64,000 bases of DNA from a virus. Lineage: Duplodnaviria; Caudoviricetes. Location of the stretch: positions 22,651 through 86,650 of IMG/VR virus record IMGVR_UViG_3300048890_000142. One strand, given 5' to 3'. The notes beneath the pieces were generated by a model that worked only from the letters and a program-made list of their open reading frames with translations, had not been told where the DNA came from and did no database searches. A program made the translations under genes and the position numbers. The first letter of the stretch is position 1; every line of letters starts with the position of its first letter. Shown here piece by piece: positions 29,884 through 38,532 of the stretch.

Positions 29884-30627
29884 TCATGACTGGATCTGAG
29901 GGCGTCCCGCGCTGACCTCGGTCGCGTTTACTCGGGCCCGGCGTCCGGCTTCCCGACCGGCGACCATGGCGTTGCCGTCGCCGACCATCCGCGAAGGGCG
30001 CGCGTCCCGGATGTCCGGGTGGCTGGCGGCCATGTGCGCGTCCAAGTGGGCCGCCCGATCCACGATCGCCAGCGCAGTTCCCGGCTCGGCGATCTCGGCC
30101 TCGGCTTCGGTGGCCCTGCGCTGGGTCGTGAGTCGGTCCCAGACGCCCTCTCCGAAACTGATCAGGAACTGCCGTCGAGCACGGAACTTATCCCGGGGGG
30201 TGTCATACCACTCGCGCTCGTCGACCCACCACCTCTTGAGCGCGTCGGAAGACTGCATGCCGATCGAGGCGATCAGCATCATCGCGGCGTCCACGTCCGA
30301 CGCGTGACCCACGATGTAGAAGACGTCGTAGTTCCTGTGCGCCACGTAGAACTCGCGGCAGGTACCGAGCCCGCTGACCACGCAGTAGGCGATCTTCCGC
30401 AGCGCCATCCGGTAGGAGCCGGTCAGCTTGATGGCGACGGTCTTGATCTCCTCCCGTCGCGCGTCGTCAGGAGCCATCATCGCCTCGACCCGGGCCCGGT
30501 CGATCCCGTGCTTCGTCATCAGGGCCGCCGCGTGGGCGGTGAAGATCCGGGCCTCCTCGTCGTTGTCGGTGCCCTCCGCCTTGCGCAGCAGCTTGGCGAT
30601 TCTGTCGGCGAGCTTGTCCTCGGTCAC
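29884..30627 (-). CDS. DUF2786-domain protein
   Basis: DRIAKLLRKAEGTDNDEEARIFTAHAAALMTKHGID. Confidence 0.8.
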   Translation of the reverse strand: MTEDKLADRIAKLLRKAEGTDNDEEARIFTAHAAALMTKHGIDRARVEAMMAPDDARREEIKTVAIKLTGSYRMALRKIAYCVVSGLGTCREFYVAHRNYDVFYIVGHASDVDAAMMLIASIGMQSSDALKRWWVDEREWYDTPRDKFRARRQFLISFGEGVWDRLTTQRRATEAEAEIAEPGTALAIVDRAAHLDAHMAASHPDIRDARPSRMVGDGNAMVAGREAGRRARVNATEVSAGRPQIQS

Positions 30628-31019
30628 CGGTCACCTCCCTGGTGAATCACGACGTCGCGGTGGGCCGGGAACCCGACGGCGGGCGCCTCGTGGTGGACGA
30701 GGAAGGTGACCAGCTCCCAGGCGGCCTGGGTGCGGGTGTGCAGCGTGTAGGGGCGCGAGATCGGTCCGAACAGGGTAGCGGGGACCGAGTCCCGAGCGTG
30801 CCCGACGTCGTCGATCCCGACGCCGCGGAAGGCGCTGCGGTGGACGGTGAGGGTCCAGCCCTTCCCCGCGTCGGCCAGTCGGACCCAGCCCAGCAGGCGA
30901 TCGTTGTCGCGCCGGCGCACCTCGTAGCCGCCGAACGCGTGCCGCGCGTACCGCACGTAGACGGCGTGGCGCGCACCGCGCTGGGTGAAGACGACGTGCG
31001 GCCTGGTTCTCGTGTTCAT
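30624..31019 (-). CDS. Hypothetical protein
   Basis: GGAGGA RBS and a dedicated promoter upstream. Confidence 0.65.
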   Translation of the reverse strand: MNTRTRPHVVFTQRGARHAVYVRYARHAFGGYEVRRRDNDRLLGWVRLADAGKGWTLTVHRSAFRGVGIDDVGHARDSVPATLFGPISRPYTLHTRTQAAWELVTFLVHHEAPAVGFPAHRDVVIHQGGDR

Positions 31020-31047
31020 CGTTCCTCCGTTCCTCGGTCGTAGACTA

Positions 31048-31077
31048 ACCATACCGGTCGCGAGATCGGCACGTCAA
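31048..31077 (-). promoter_or_regulatory. SigA-type promoter
   Basis: TTGACG-18 nt-TATGGT, 29 nt upstream of ATG 31019. Confidence 0.75.
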
Positions 31078-31481
31078 GTCACTCGAACGCGGAGGGGCCA
31101 GGAATGCGCACAGGCGACGCAGACGCCGTTGCCCTCCTCGGACACCACGGACACGCTCGCGCACACCGGACAGCGCTTGCGCGCCGTCGGTCTCTTGAGG
31201 AGATCGCGCTGGTAGGCGGTCAGGCCGCCCCACACCCCGAAGTCCTCACCGCGGCCGACAATGTCGCAGTCGTCCCTGACCGGACAGCGGCCGCAGTACG
31301 ACCACTGCTCCTCGGTCAGGTAGGCAGGCTCCGCACTGTCCTCGTCGGAAGGGTCCTCGAGGAGGAAGAACAGATCCGGTGGCGCGCTTCGGCACGCGGC
31401 GTGGTCTCGCCACGCCCGCCGGTCCGCGCGCCACCGGAACCCGTTCCGGGGGTCGTCGTACGCGGGATCCGCTACCGACAA
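31074..31481 (-). CDS. whiB: WhiB-family transcription factor with a C-terminal zinc ribbon
   Basis: WRDHAAC...LFF...CGRCPVRDDC...GVWGGLT; additional CPVC...CVAC. Confidence 0.88.
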   Translation of the reverse strand: MSVADPAYDDPRNGFRWRADRRAWRDHAACRSAPPDLFFLLEDPSDEDSAEPAYLTEEQWSYCGRCPVRDDCDIVGRGEDFGVWGGLTAYQRDLLKRPTARKRCPVCASVSVVSEEGNGVCVACAHSWPLRVRVT

Positions 31482-31498
31482 CTCGACCCCCTCTCCGG

Positions 31499-31999
31499 TT
31501 AGAGCCGGGTAGCGCGGTACAGGACCCCGTCTTCGTCCTGGATGACGAACCCGCCGGCAACGGGACCGACCTCCTCGAAGACGTGCTTGGTCTGACCTCG
31601 CTCCTCGGGCGTGGCGACGGCGCCGACCTTGGAGACGAAGTCGGCCACCGTTGCCTGAATCGACGCGTTCGTGTCCTGAGGAGAGGAGGGTCCGCTGGGG
31701 AGCACGGGTCCGTTCATCGGAGGCGTCGGTGAGGACTCGGCGGGGCCGAGCAGACCGGGAACCACGTATTGCCAGGAGTTGCCGCGAATCACGGTCTCGA
31801 TCTGCTTGCTGAGATGGTTCGGGTCATTGCGGTGGTAGTAGCGGAAGCTGTTGATGCTGTCGCGCACGCGTCCCTCGGGGATGCGCGTCGACGTGGAGAT
31901 CATCTTGATCGTGACGACTTGGTTCGGATGTTTGGCGAAATAGTCGACGATCCGGTTGATGACGTCCTTGTTCCGCTTGGTCTTGGATTTATCTGACAA
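31499..31999 (-). CDS. Probable winged-helix DNA-binding protein
   Basis: IVDYFAKHPNQVVTIKMISTSTRIPEGRVRDSI; TTG start after AGGAGG. Confidence 0.55.
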   Translation of the reverse strand: MSDKSKTKRNKDVINRIVDYFAKHPNQVVTIKMISTSTRIPEGRVRDSINSFRYYHRNDPNHLSKQIETVIRGNSWQYVVPGLLGPAESSPTPPMNGPVLPSGPSSPQDTNASIQATVADFVSKVGAVATPEERGQTKHVFEEVGPVAGGFVIQDEDGVLYRATRL

Positions 32000-32094
32000 C
32001 TCGGTTCCTCCTGTCCGGCGTTCTTTGGTCTCGATCCGGTGGGCCGCCGACGCCCGGGAGGGAGTGCTGACTCCCGGGCGCCCGCGGGGCTCGG

Positions 32095-33057
32095 TCAGGT
32101 CCGCTCGAGCACGGCCTGGGCAGTGCGATTGACGAAGCGGTGGGAGTCACCCTCCAGGGCACCCAGGAAGCGCGACCGATCAGTGCGGATACCGTCGGGG
32201 CGGCTCCACTCGAAGTACTCGCTCACGGCGTTCACCAGCCCCCAGCCGGTGCCGGCAAAGCCGACCGCCGGTCCTTCCTCGAACAACTGGGTGATCGTCC
32301 GGACCTGCTCGAGGCGCTTGGGACGATCGGGTAGCACGGAGGTGAGCACCTCGCGGGCGGCCGGCGAGTCGAGCCGGACGGAGTGCAGTCGGGCGGCCAC
32401 GTCCGCGAAGGCGGAGGCGTAGTGGTCGGCCCGGGTCAGGGCCAGCTTCGCCTGGTCCAGCTTCGCGATCGGGTCGCCGACGTGGCGGATCGACCAGCGC
32501 TGCACGGCTCCGGTGACCAGGGACGAGAGGCCGAGCTGGTTCATGCACTTGTGCCTCAGGCTCAGCACCGAAATCTCGATGCCCTTGGACAGGTCATGCG
32601 AGGTGCGCAGGACCGCGTAGAGGTCGTGTTTGTCGACTTTTCCGCCCAAGTCCAAGTCAACTGCGAAGTGGTACGGGAACTGGACGACCATGAAGCCCTG
32701 CCGGCCGCCGCGCAAGGTGCCGGCGGCGACGTAACGCGGGTTGACCTCGTCCATGAAAGCGAAGGCGTCCCTATACTGCACCGGCGCGTAGCTGTCGGAG
32801 ACGAACTCGAAAAACTGCCCCGTGTCCTTCCGAACGCAGGCGAACCGGGTCTCCTCGGTCGTCCAAGCCGGGCTGAGGGGCCGCGATCGGAAGGTGCCGG
32901 ACGGCGTCCGGTAACCGGCTTCGGCGAGCTCGACGTCAAAGTCGAGGCCCCCGAGCCGCGCGGCCTCGGCCGCATCGACGTCCGGGTCCTCGATTACGGT
33001 CCCGATCTGCATCCACGGAACCTGGCGGGTGGTGAAGGTGGTGTCGGTCTGGATCAT
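32095..33057 (-). CDS. DUF932/DUF945-family protein
   Basis: PW...EAARLGGLDFDV, VSDSYAPVQYRDAF, AGTLRGG, SHD, C.NQL and IRH motifs. Confidence 0.85.
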   Translation of the reverse strand: MIQTDTTFTTRQVPWMQIGTVIEDPDVDAAEAARLGGLDFDVELAEAGYRTPSGTFRSRPLSPAWTTEETRFACVRKDTGQFFEFVSDSYAPVQYRDAFAFMDEVNPRYVAAGTLRGGRQGFMVVQFPYHFAVDLDLGGKVDKHDLYAVLRTSHDLSKGIEISVLSLRHKCMNQLGLSSLVTGAVQRWSIRHVGDPIAKLDQAKLALTRADHYASAFADVAARLHSVRLDSPAAREVLTSVLPDRPKRLEQVRTITQLFEEGPAVGFAGTGWGLVNAVSEYFEWSRPDGIRTDRSRFLGALEGDSHRFVNRTAQAVLERT

Positions 33058-33205
33058 GTGCGGTCCGGCCTCCTCGGTCTAGTCGTTCGACGTGCTGGGA
33101 ACTTTCTAGCACATAATCAAGTGCTGTGTCCACTAGCTGGACCGCGCCCGTCCGACAGGTCGAATGTCGGGTGGGACCACCGGGCGGGCGCGATCCCCTT
33201 CGAGG

Positions 33206-33430
33206 CTACGCCGGCTTCCAGGAGTGCCTCTTACCCAACGAGACGTGCCGGACCCGTCCGTCGGCCTTGAGTCGCCGGAGAGCCAGGTAGACCACGCTGG
33301 GCGAGACCTCGAGGGCCTCGGCCAGCTCGTACTTCGTCATCGAGTCCGGGGCCTCTTCGAGGACCCGTACCAGTCGGTCGTCACGCTGGATCGTCTCCTG
33401 GGGCCTCGGTCGGCCACGCCGCTTCGCCAT
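33206..33430 (-). CDS. Helix-turn-helix DNA-binding protein
   Basis: RGRPR AT-hook-like start; MTKYELAEALEVSPSVVYLALRRL. Confidence 0.75.
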   Translation of the reverse strand: MAKRRGRPRPQETIQRDDRLVRVLEEAPDSMTKYELAEALEVSPSVVYLALRRLKADGRVRHVSLGKRHSWKPA

Positions 33431-34454
33431 CGTCCGCCTCCTTCCGGGGGATCGGGCTCGGGGCGTCCCTGCGCCACCGACCCACCTCGTGCTCGACCCA
33501 GGCGTAGGTGTGCGCGACCCCGCCGACCAACGCGGTCGAGGGCTCCCAGTCCAGGTACTTGCGGATCAGGGTGTTGTCCGAGCTCCGACTCCGGACCCCG
33601 TGCGGGGCGTCCGGTAGGTACCGCCGCTCGACGGACACCTCCGCCGCGTATTCGATCGCCGAGAGGAGCTCGTCGACCGTGTGCCCCTCGGCGAAACCGA
33701 GGTTGAGCGGTTCGTCGATGTTGGATCGCGCGATCCGCAGGATGCCCTCCACGCAGTCGTTGGAGTGGGTGAACGAACGGACCTGGGTACCGTCTCCCCA
33801 CACCGCGACGTGGTCCGCGTAACCGAGCTTGATCTCGGCCACCTGGCGGCACAGTGCGGTGACCACCTGCTCGCGGCCTCCGCGCCACGGAGAGCAGGGG
33901 CCGTAGACGGCGTGCAGGCGGGCGACGCGGGTCTGCAGGCCGCCCTCTTCCTGGAAGTGCCTGCACAGTCGCTCGCCGAACAGGCGCTCCCAGCCGTGAC
34001 CGCCCTCGGCCTCGGCCGGGTAGGCGTCCTGCTCGCGCAGCGCCGCGGCGTCGCCCTCGCGCTGCAGGTGCCGCGGGTACACGGCGGCCGACGACGCGTA
34101 GAAGACGCGTCCCCAGCCGTAGTGCGCGGCGGCCTCCAGCACGTTGACGGTCGCCTTGACCGACATGGCCGGAGCGAGGTGGTTGGTGCCGACGTAGCCG
34201 ACGCCGCCGGTATCCGCGGCGAGGTGGTAGACCTCGTCGAACGCCCGGTGCTCCATGCTCGCCAGCAGCTCCAGGGGCTGGGGCTCGGAGACGTCCATCA
34301 GGTCGAAGGTCCTGGCGCTCAGGTGGTGGTCCTGCCACCAGTCGGCGCGGGACTTGCGGTCGACGGCGACCACCTCGTGGCCGTCCTTGACGAGCCGGCC
34401 GACGAGGTGGCCGCCGACGAATCCGCCGGCGCCGAGTACGAGTGCGTAGCTCAC
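33381..34454 (-). CDS. GDP-mannose 3,5-epimerase-like SDR with substituted catalytic residues
   Basis: GAGGFVG, HLAADTGG, WRGGRE and WGDGTQVRSF retained; YxxxK is HGWER. Confidence 0.85.
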   Translation of the reverse strand: MSYALVLGAGGFVGGHLVGRLVKDGHEVVAVDRKSRADWWQDHHLSARTFDLMDVSEPQPLELLASMEHRAFDEVYHLAADTGGVGYVGTNHLAPAMSVKATVNVLEAAAHYGWGRVFYASSAAVYPRHLQREGDAAALREQDAYPAEAEGGHGWERLFGERLCRHFQEEGGLQTRVARLHAVYGPCSPWRGGREQVVTALCRQVAEIKLGYADHVAVWGDGTQVRSFTHSNDCVEGILRIARSNIDEPLNLGFAEGHTVDELLSAIEYAAEVSVERRYLPDAPHGVRSRSSDNTLIRKYLDWEPSTALVGGVAHTYAWVEHEVGRWRRDAPSPIPRKEADDGEAAWPTEAPGDDPA

Positions 34455-34672
34455 GGTGGGGGTCTCTCCTCTTCGTTCTCTCGGTCGGTTCTCAGTTCGC
34501 GGTCCGGAGCCCAGCACTGGAGCCCGGCCTGGTCGTCGAGGTCGACGACCCAGCCCGCCTCTTTCCCCGCGTCCATCGGACCGCTGATCGTGCCGGAGCA
34601 CCCGGACCAGGGATGGTCCGGGGCGACGATCGTGACCCGGTCCCCCGGCGCGTAGTCGTAGCCACCTGTCAC
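34451..34672 (-). CDS. Small SH3/KOW-like protein
   Basis: PGDRVTIV...GCSGTI...WVVDLD; GTGA overlaps. Confidence 0.55.
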   Translation of the reverse strand: MTGGYDYAPGDRVTIVAPDHPWSGCSGTISGPMDAGKEAGWVVDLDDQAGLQCWAPDRELRTDRENEEERPPP

Positions 34673-34998
34673 CGAGGTACCGCCTCACTGTATTGCGGGT
34701 GGACGTGGTGCCAGGTGCCGGCCGCCGCGTCAGTCTCGGCGTGTTTGCATCCCTCGACCAGCGTGCGAGCCAGGGTCGGCACGAACAGCGCGCAGCCGTC
34801 CGAGTACCACCACTGCTCGGTCTGGATCTCGCGGATCGGGCGTCCCTCGCTCCGGTCGAAGGACTTCGGGACCGTGGTCCGCGTGGAGACGACGACGTAC
34901 TGGCCGACCTCGGTGACCACCGCGGGGTGGCACTTCGGATCGTCGTAGTACCCGCTGACGTAGTGGACGACGGCGCCCACGACGGGGCGATCGCTCAC
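34669..34998 (-). CDS. Conserved phage hypothetical protein
   Basis: PVVGAVVHYV...CHPAVVTEV...GTWH. Confidence 0.65.
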   Translation of the reverse strand: MSDRPVVGAVVHYVSGYYDDPKCHPAVVTEVGQYVVVSTRTTVPKSFDRSEGRPIREIQTEQWWYSDGCALFVPTLARTLVEGCKHAETDAAAGTWHHVHPQYSEAVPR

Positions 34999-35252
34999 GG
35001 CGTCACGTCCGGGCCGGGCAGGGGAGGCGGGAACGGCGGCACCAGGTCGGGCGCCGCGAGCCAGCCGTGCTTGTCCGCGGTGCGGAACGCTCGCGCGAAG
35101 CGCCAGCGTTCCGGATGCGGAACCGTCACCGTGCCGTCGTCGTGGTGGACTACGGGCAGGTTCCCGCCCGTGTTCTGGAACATCCACAGCAGCGGGTCGG
35201 TGATAGACAACGTCCAGGTGTCGTGCATGACCGCCTGGGTAACGTCAGACAC
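34995..35252 (-). CDS. Hypothetical protein
   Basis: RBS and GTGA overlap. Confidence 0.55.
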   Translation of the reverse strand: MSDVTQAVMHDTWTLSITDPLLWMFQNTGGNLPVVHHDDGTVTVPHPERWRFARAFRTADKHGWLAAPDLVPPFPPPLPGPDVTP

Positions 35253-35261
35253 GGCCGCTCC

Positions 35262-36137
35262 CTAGATCGGCATCTGCGGCGGGGGCGGCGGCGCGACCGG
35301 GGTCGCGGACGCCTGCTGGACCGGTGCTGGGGGAACCGGAGGAGCCTGGGGCATCTCGGGAGCTGGCGGCGCGGCGACCGGGGGCGCGTAGGCCGGGGCC
35401 TGGTACACCGGCGCCGGCGGTGCCTGGTTGGTCATCTCCGCGACGGCCGAGTCGACGGGTGCCTGCGGGGGCGCGACGGGGACCTGCTGCACCGGCGGTG
35501 CGGGAGGCGGGGGCGCCGCGTAGACCTGGGCCGGCTGCAGCGACTGAGCAGGCTGCAGCGGCTGGGCCGCCGGAGGAGCGACCGGGTAACCCGGCACCGG
35601 TGCGGGTGCCGGAGTCGCGACGGGGACCTGCGGTGCCGGCGGAGGCGGGGGCGTCGCCGGGACCCCCGGGATCCCGGGAAGGTTTGGGACACCTGGAACG
35701 CCGGGAGCTCCCGCTGCGGGAACGCCCGTGGCCGGTCGGAACCCCTCGCAGTTGTTGCGCATCTCGCCCTGCCACTCGCGGTGCCCGAGCTTGACGTAGG
35801 CCTCGCGGCCCATCAGCGCGGAGGCCACCGGGTCCAGCGAGCCCTGCGAGCCGAGCGCGGCGAAGAACTGCTCGTCCAGCCCGAACGCCTTCATGTGCCG
35901 GAAGAAGATCGAGACCGCGTTGGGGTTCTCCAGCGTCAGGACGAACTGGTTGAACACCTTGCGCGGGGCGTAGGGGCCTTCGGTAACCTCCATCTTGACC
36001 TTGATCATCGGCTTGCCCGACTGCGCGGTGGTGGCGGTCGACTCGATGATCCGGATCCGGTACTCCCCGTCGGGGAGCGCCTCGAAGCTGACGGACTTCG
36101 CGTCCTGAATCGCCTGGTTGAAGTTGATCGTCGTCAC
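35262..36137 (-). CDS. DUF669-like ssDNA-binding protein with a long Pro/Ala tail
   Basis: FEALPDGEYRIRI...SGKPMIKVKMEV.EGPY..RKVF; follows the AAA ATPase. Confidence 0.75.
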   Translation of the reverse strand: MTTINFNQAIQDAKSVSFEALPDGEYRIRIIESTATTAQSGKPMIKVKMEVTEGPYAPRKVFNQFVLTLENPNAVSIFFRHMKAFGLDEQFFAALGSQGSLDPVASALMGREAYVKLGHREWQGEMRNNCEGFRPATGVPAAGAPGVPGVPNLPGIPGVPATPPPPPAPQVPVATPAPAPVPGYPVAPPAAQPLQPAQSLQPAQVYAAPPPPAPPVQQVPVAPPQAPVDSAVAEMTNQAPPAPVYQAPAYAPPVAAPPAPEMPQAPPVPPAPVQQASATPVAPPPPPQMPI

Positions 36138-36961
36138 TGGGTGACTTCCTCTCGGGGCGCCTGCGGCGCCGGGGTTGCGATCGGCGTCGGGGTGACGCCG
36201 AAGATGACCTGCATCCAGCGTTCGATGTCGTCGCTGCTGGTGCCGGCCGCCGGTTGCGGGACAGTGATCAGGCCGCCGAGGCGGCCCTGGACCCGCTCGC
36301 CGGCCTCGAACTGCGAGTTGGGCGCGATCAGCAGCCGGCGGACCTCCAGGGTCGGCTGGCCGTTCGCGTCCACATCGCGGTCCGGGTAGAGGTACCCGCA
36401 GATGTCCATCCAGTAGGGCAGCGCGGTGGAGATCTGACCCTGCATGAACGGGACCCACTTGCCGGCCTGGGACTGCCGGGTCTCCGCGATGAAGACCACG
36501 CACCGCACGTTGATTCCGGGCAGTAGCGCGAGGTCCCGGAATCCGCGGATGGCCTTGTCCATCCGAGACAGGAGGGTGCCCCAGTCCTGGATCTTCATCG
36601 CCTCCTCGCCACGCAGGTTCTCCTTGCAGCGACGCTGGATCTCGGTGACCGAGTCGACCACCACGGAGGTGAAGGGGAGCTGGTAGGAGCGCAGCCACTG
36701 CAGGCACGTCTCCACCGTCCCCCACTCGCGCACGTGCACGACGCAGGCGTCCCAACTGCCGTCGTAGACGGGCGGGGGTCCGGCAGACGGCTCCCAGTAC
36801 ACCTTGCGCAGGTTGATGAATCGCCAGGAACCCTCGGCGTCCAACACGAGGATCGGCTTCGGGGCGGTGCCCGACAGGGTCGACTTGCCGACCTTGGACG
36901 CGGCGTGGATCAGCAGCGAGATCCGCTGGTCGGTGGTGAAGTAGCTGAGCGGTGCCGTCAC
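36134..36961 (-). CDS. AAA_24/Sak4-like ATPase (recombination)
   Basis: ASKVGKS Walker A, LDAEGS, VVVDSVTE, WG.L, IAET. Confidence 0.8.
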   Translation of the reverse strand: MTAPLSYFTTDQRISLLIHAASKVGKSTLSGTAPKPILVLDAEGSWRFINLRKVYWEPSAGPPPVYDGSWDACVVHVREWGTVETCLQWLRSYQLPFTSVVVDSVTEIQRRCKENLRGEEAMKIQDWGTLLSRMDKAIRGFRDLALLPGINVRCVVFIAETRQSQAGKWVPFMQGQISTALPYWMDICGYLYPDRDVDANGQPTLEVRRLLIAPNSQFEAGERVQGRLGGLITVPQPAAGTSSDDIERWMQVIFGVTPTPIATPAPQAPREEVTQ

Positions 36962-38532
36962 AGAGATACTCCGTCGCGCTCGAGGTAGCGGTCGTTGGGG
37001 TTCACCGGGTGGTACAGGGCGGCCAGCATGTCCTCCGCCCGGGACCCGTCGTCGAACAGGCCGCAGACGGCGAAGAAGTCGCAGTCGTAGCGGCAGCTCG
37101 GCCTGGGCGAGGGGTAGGCGACGGCGAAGTGGGACTCGCCCCTGTCGAGCCGCTCGGTGGCCGCCATGACCTCGTCGGCCGCCGCGAGCATCCGGGTCCG
37201 GTAGGACTCCAGCTCGCGGACGTTGTGGTCGACCTGTACCCGCTCGTAGAACGGCGGGGTGGCCCGCGCGGTGCGCTTCACCCGGCGCAGCATGTTGTAG
37301 AGGGCCCCGTCGCAGCGCGCCTCGCCCTCGACGGTGTTGAGCCACTCGAGCAGGTGGTAGTGCAGCATCTGCTCGTCCTGCTGGAGGGTCAGCGGCGGGG
37401 AGGCGAGCTCCTGGACGGACTTGTGGTCGACGAACATCCGCACGCCGTCTACCTCGCGATAGGCGCGGGCGTCCAGTAGGCCGATCGCCACCACCGGCCG
37501 GCCGGATGCGGTTTCCAGGTGGGCGGTGAGCGTGGTCTCCGAGGCGATGACTCGCAGGCCAGAATCGACGCCGGTCTCCTCCAGCCACTGGACGTACCCC
37601 TCGATCATGGCTCGCTCGAGATTGGTGCTCTTGGCGAACTCCTCGGCGAGGGAGGTCATCTGGTCTTGGTCGGCCCCGCGCGACTCGGCGAGGGTGGAGA
37701 TCGTGGTCCAGTCCTGCAGGATGGCGCGCTCCAGCGCCTCCCGCGGGTCGACGCGCACCTGCCCGTCCGGGACGTACCAGGCGGCTAGCGCGGCGTGGAT
37801 CCGGGTGCCGGTGGAGCGCACCCCGACGTAGTTCTCGGTCTGCAGCGCCATGCTGCGGTACCACCGCAGCCACCACCGGCGCCGGCAGCGCTTGAAGTCC
37901 TGGAGCAGCGAGTTGCTGACCGGGAACCCGGAGGGCGGGTACGGCACCTCGCTCGTTTCGTCGGGGACGGGCAAGTACTCCTCTTGGAGCCCCACGTCCC
38001 AGTTCGTCGGTACCAGGCGCGAGGTCTCCAGGAGCTCGGGTGGGACCTCGATCCCCGCGGCGACGGCCGCGAGGTCCACGTGGACGGCGGTTCCGCGCTG
38101 CGCGTCGAGGTCCCCGACCACGACCGGCGACTCCGCGTCACCTAGCTCGAGCCGGACGTTATTAGAGGTCATCCAGAGTGCGCCGTCGGCGTCGTACCAG
38201 GTGGTCGGTGAATCGGGGTCCGCGACGCACACGGTGAAGAGGTCGTCCTCGGCGTCCTCCTCAGGAGGGTCGTACTCGAGGTCCTCGAGATCCAGCAGAT
38301 GCACCACCTCGTCGAGCGTGGCGACGGGCGCACCGTCGAGCCGATTGAGCGCGGCGACGACCTTCTCCCGGTCCCCGGGTTTCCACGACTCGAGTCGCTC
38401 GATGTTGGTCAGCCGCGCGGTGCTCTTGCCCGCGAACCCGATGATCTCGGTGAGCTGGGGGCGGGTGAGCTTGTGGCGCTTGCGCGCCGCGGCGACGTCG
38501 GCGCCCGTGATGGTCTCTACCTCGTAGGTCAC
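36958..38532 (-). CDS. Cas4-like PD-(D/E)xK exonuclease with an N-terminal XRE-type HTH
   Basis: SNSLLQDFKRCRRRW, GTRIHAAL, GLLD..VDHKS, QMLHY, CRYDCDFFAVC (4 Cys); N-terminus VAAARKRHKLTRPQLTEIIG. Confidence 0.8.
   Translation of the reverse strand: MTYEVETITGADVAAARKRHKLTRPQLTEIIGFAGKSTARLTNIERLESWKPGDREKVVAALNRLDGAPVATLDEVVHLLDLEDLEYDPPEEDAEDDLFTVCVADPDSPTTWYDADGALWMTSNNVRLELGDAESPVVVGDLDAQRGTAVHVDLAAVAAGIEVPPELLETSRLVPTNWDVGLQEEYLPVPDETSEVPYPPSGFPVSNSLLQDFKRCRRRWWLRWYRSMALQTENYVGVRSTGTRIHAALAAWYVPDGQVRVDPREALERAILQDWTTISTLAESRGADQDQMTSLAEEFAKSTNLERAMIEGYVQWLEETGVDSGLRVIASETTLTAHLETASGRPVVAIGLLDARAYREVDGVRMFVDHKSVQELASPPLTLQQDEQMLHYHLLEWLNTVEGEARCDGALYNMLRRVKRTARATPPFYERVQVDHNVRELESYRTRMLAAADEVMAATERLDRGESHFAVAYPSPRPSCRYDCDFFAVCGLFDDGSRAEDMLAALYHPVNPNDRYLERDGVSL

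Noticed and set aside
32051-32080. 10-bp hairpin between DUF932 and the wHTH gene
   Set aside because: Probably an ordinary terminator or stability hairpin; nothing unusual.
36958-38063. CRISPR-Cas system suggested by the Cas4-like gene
   Set aside because: No repeat-spacer array or other cas genes; the Cas4-like/AAA/SSB trio is a standard phage recombination module.
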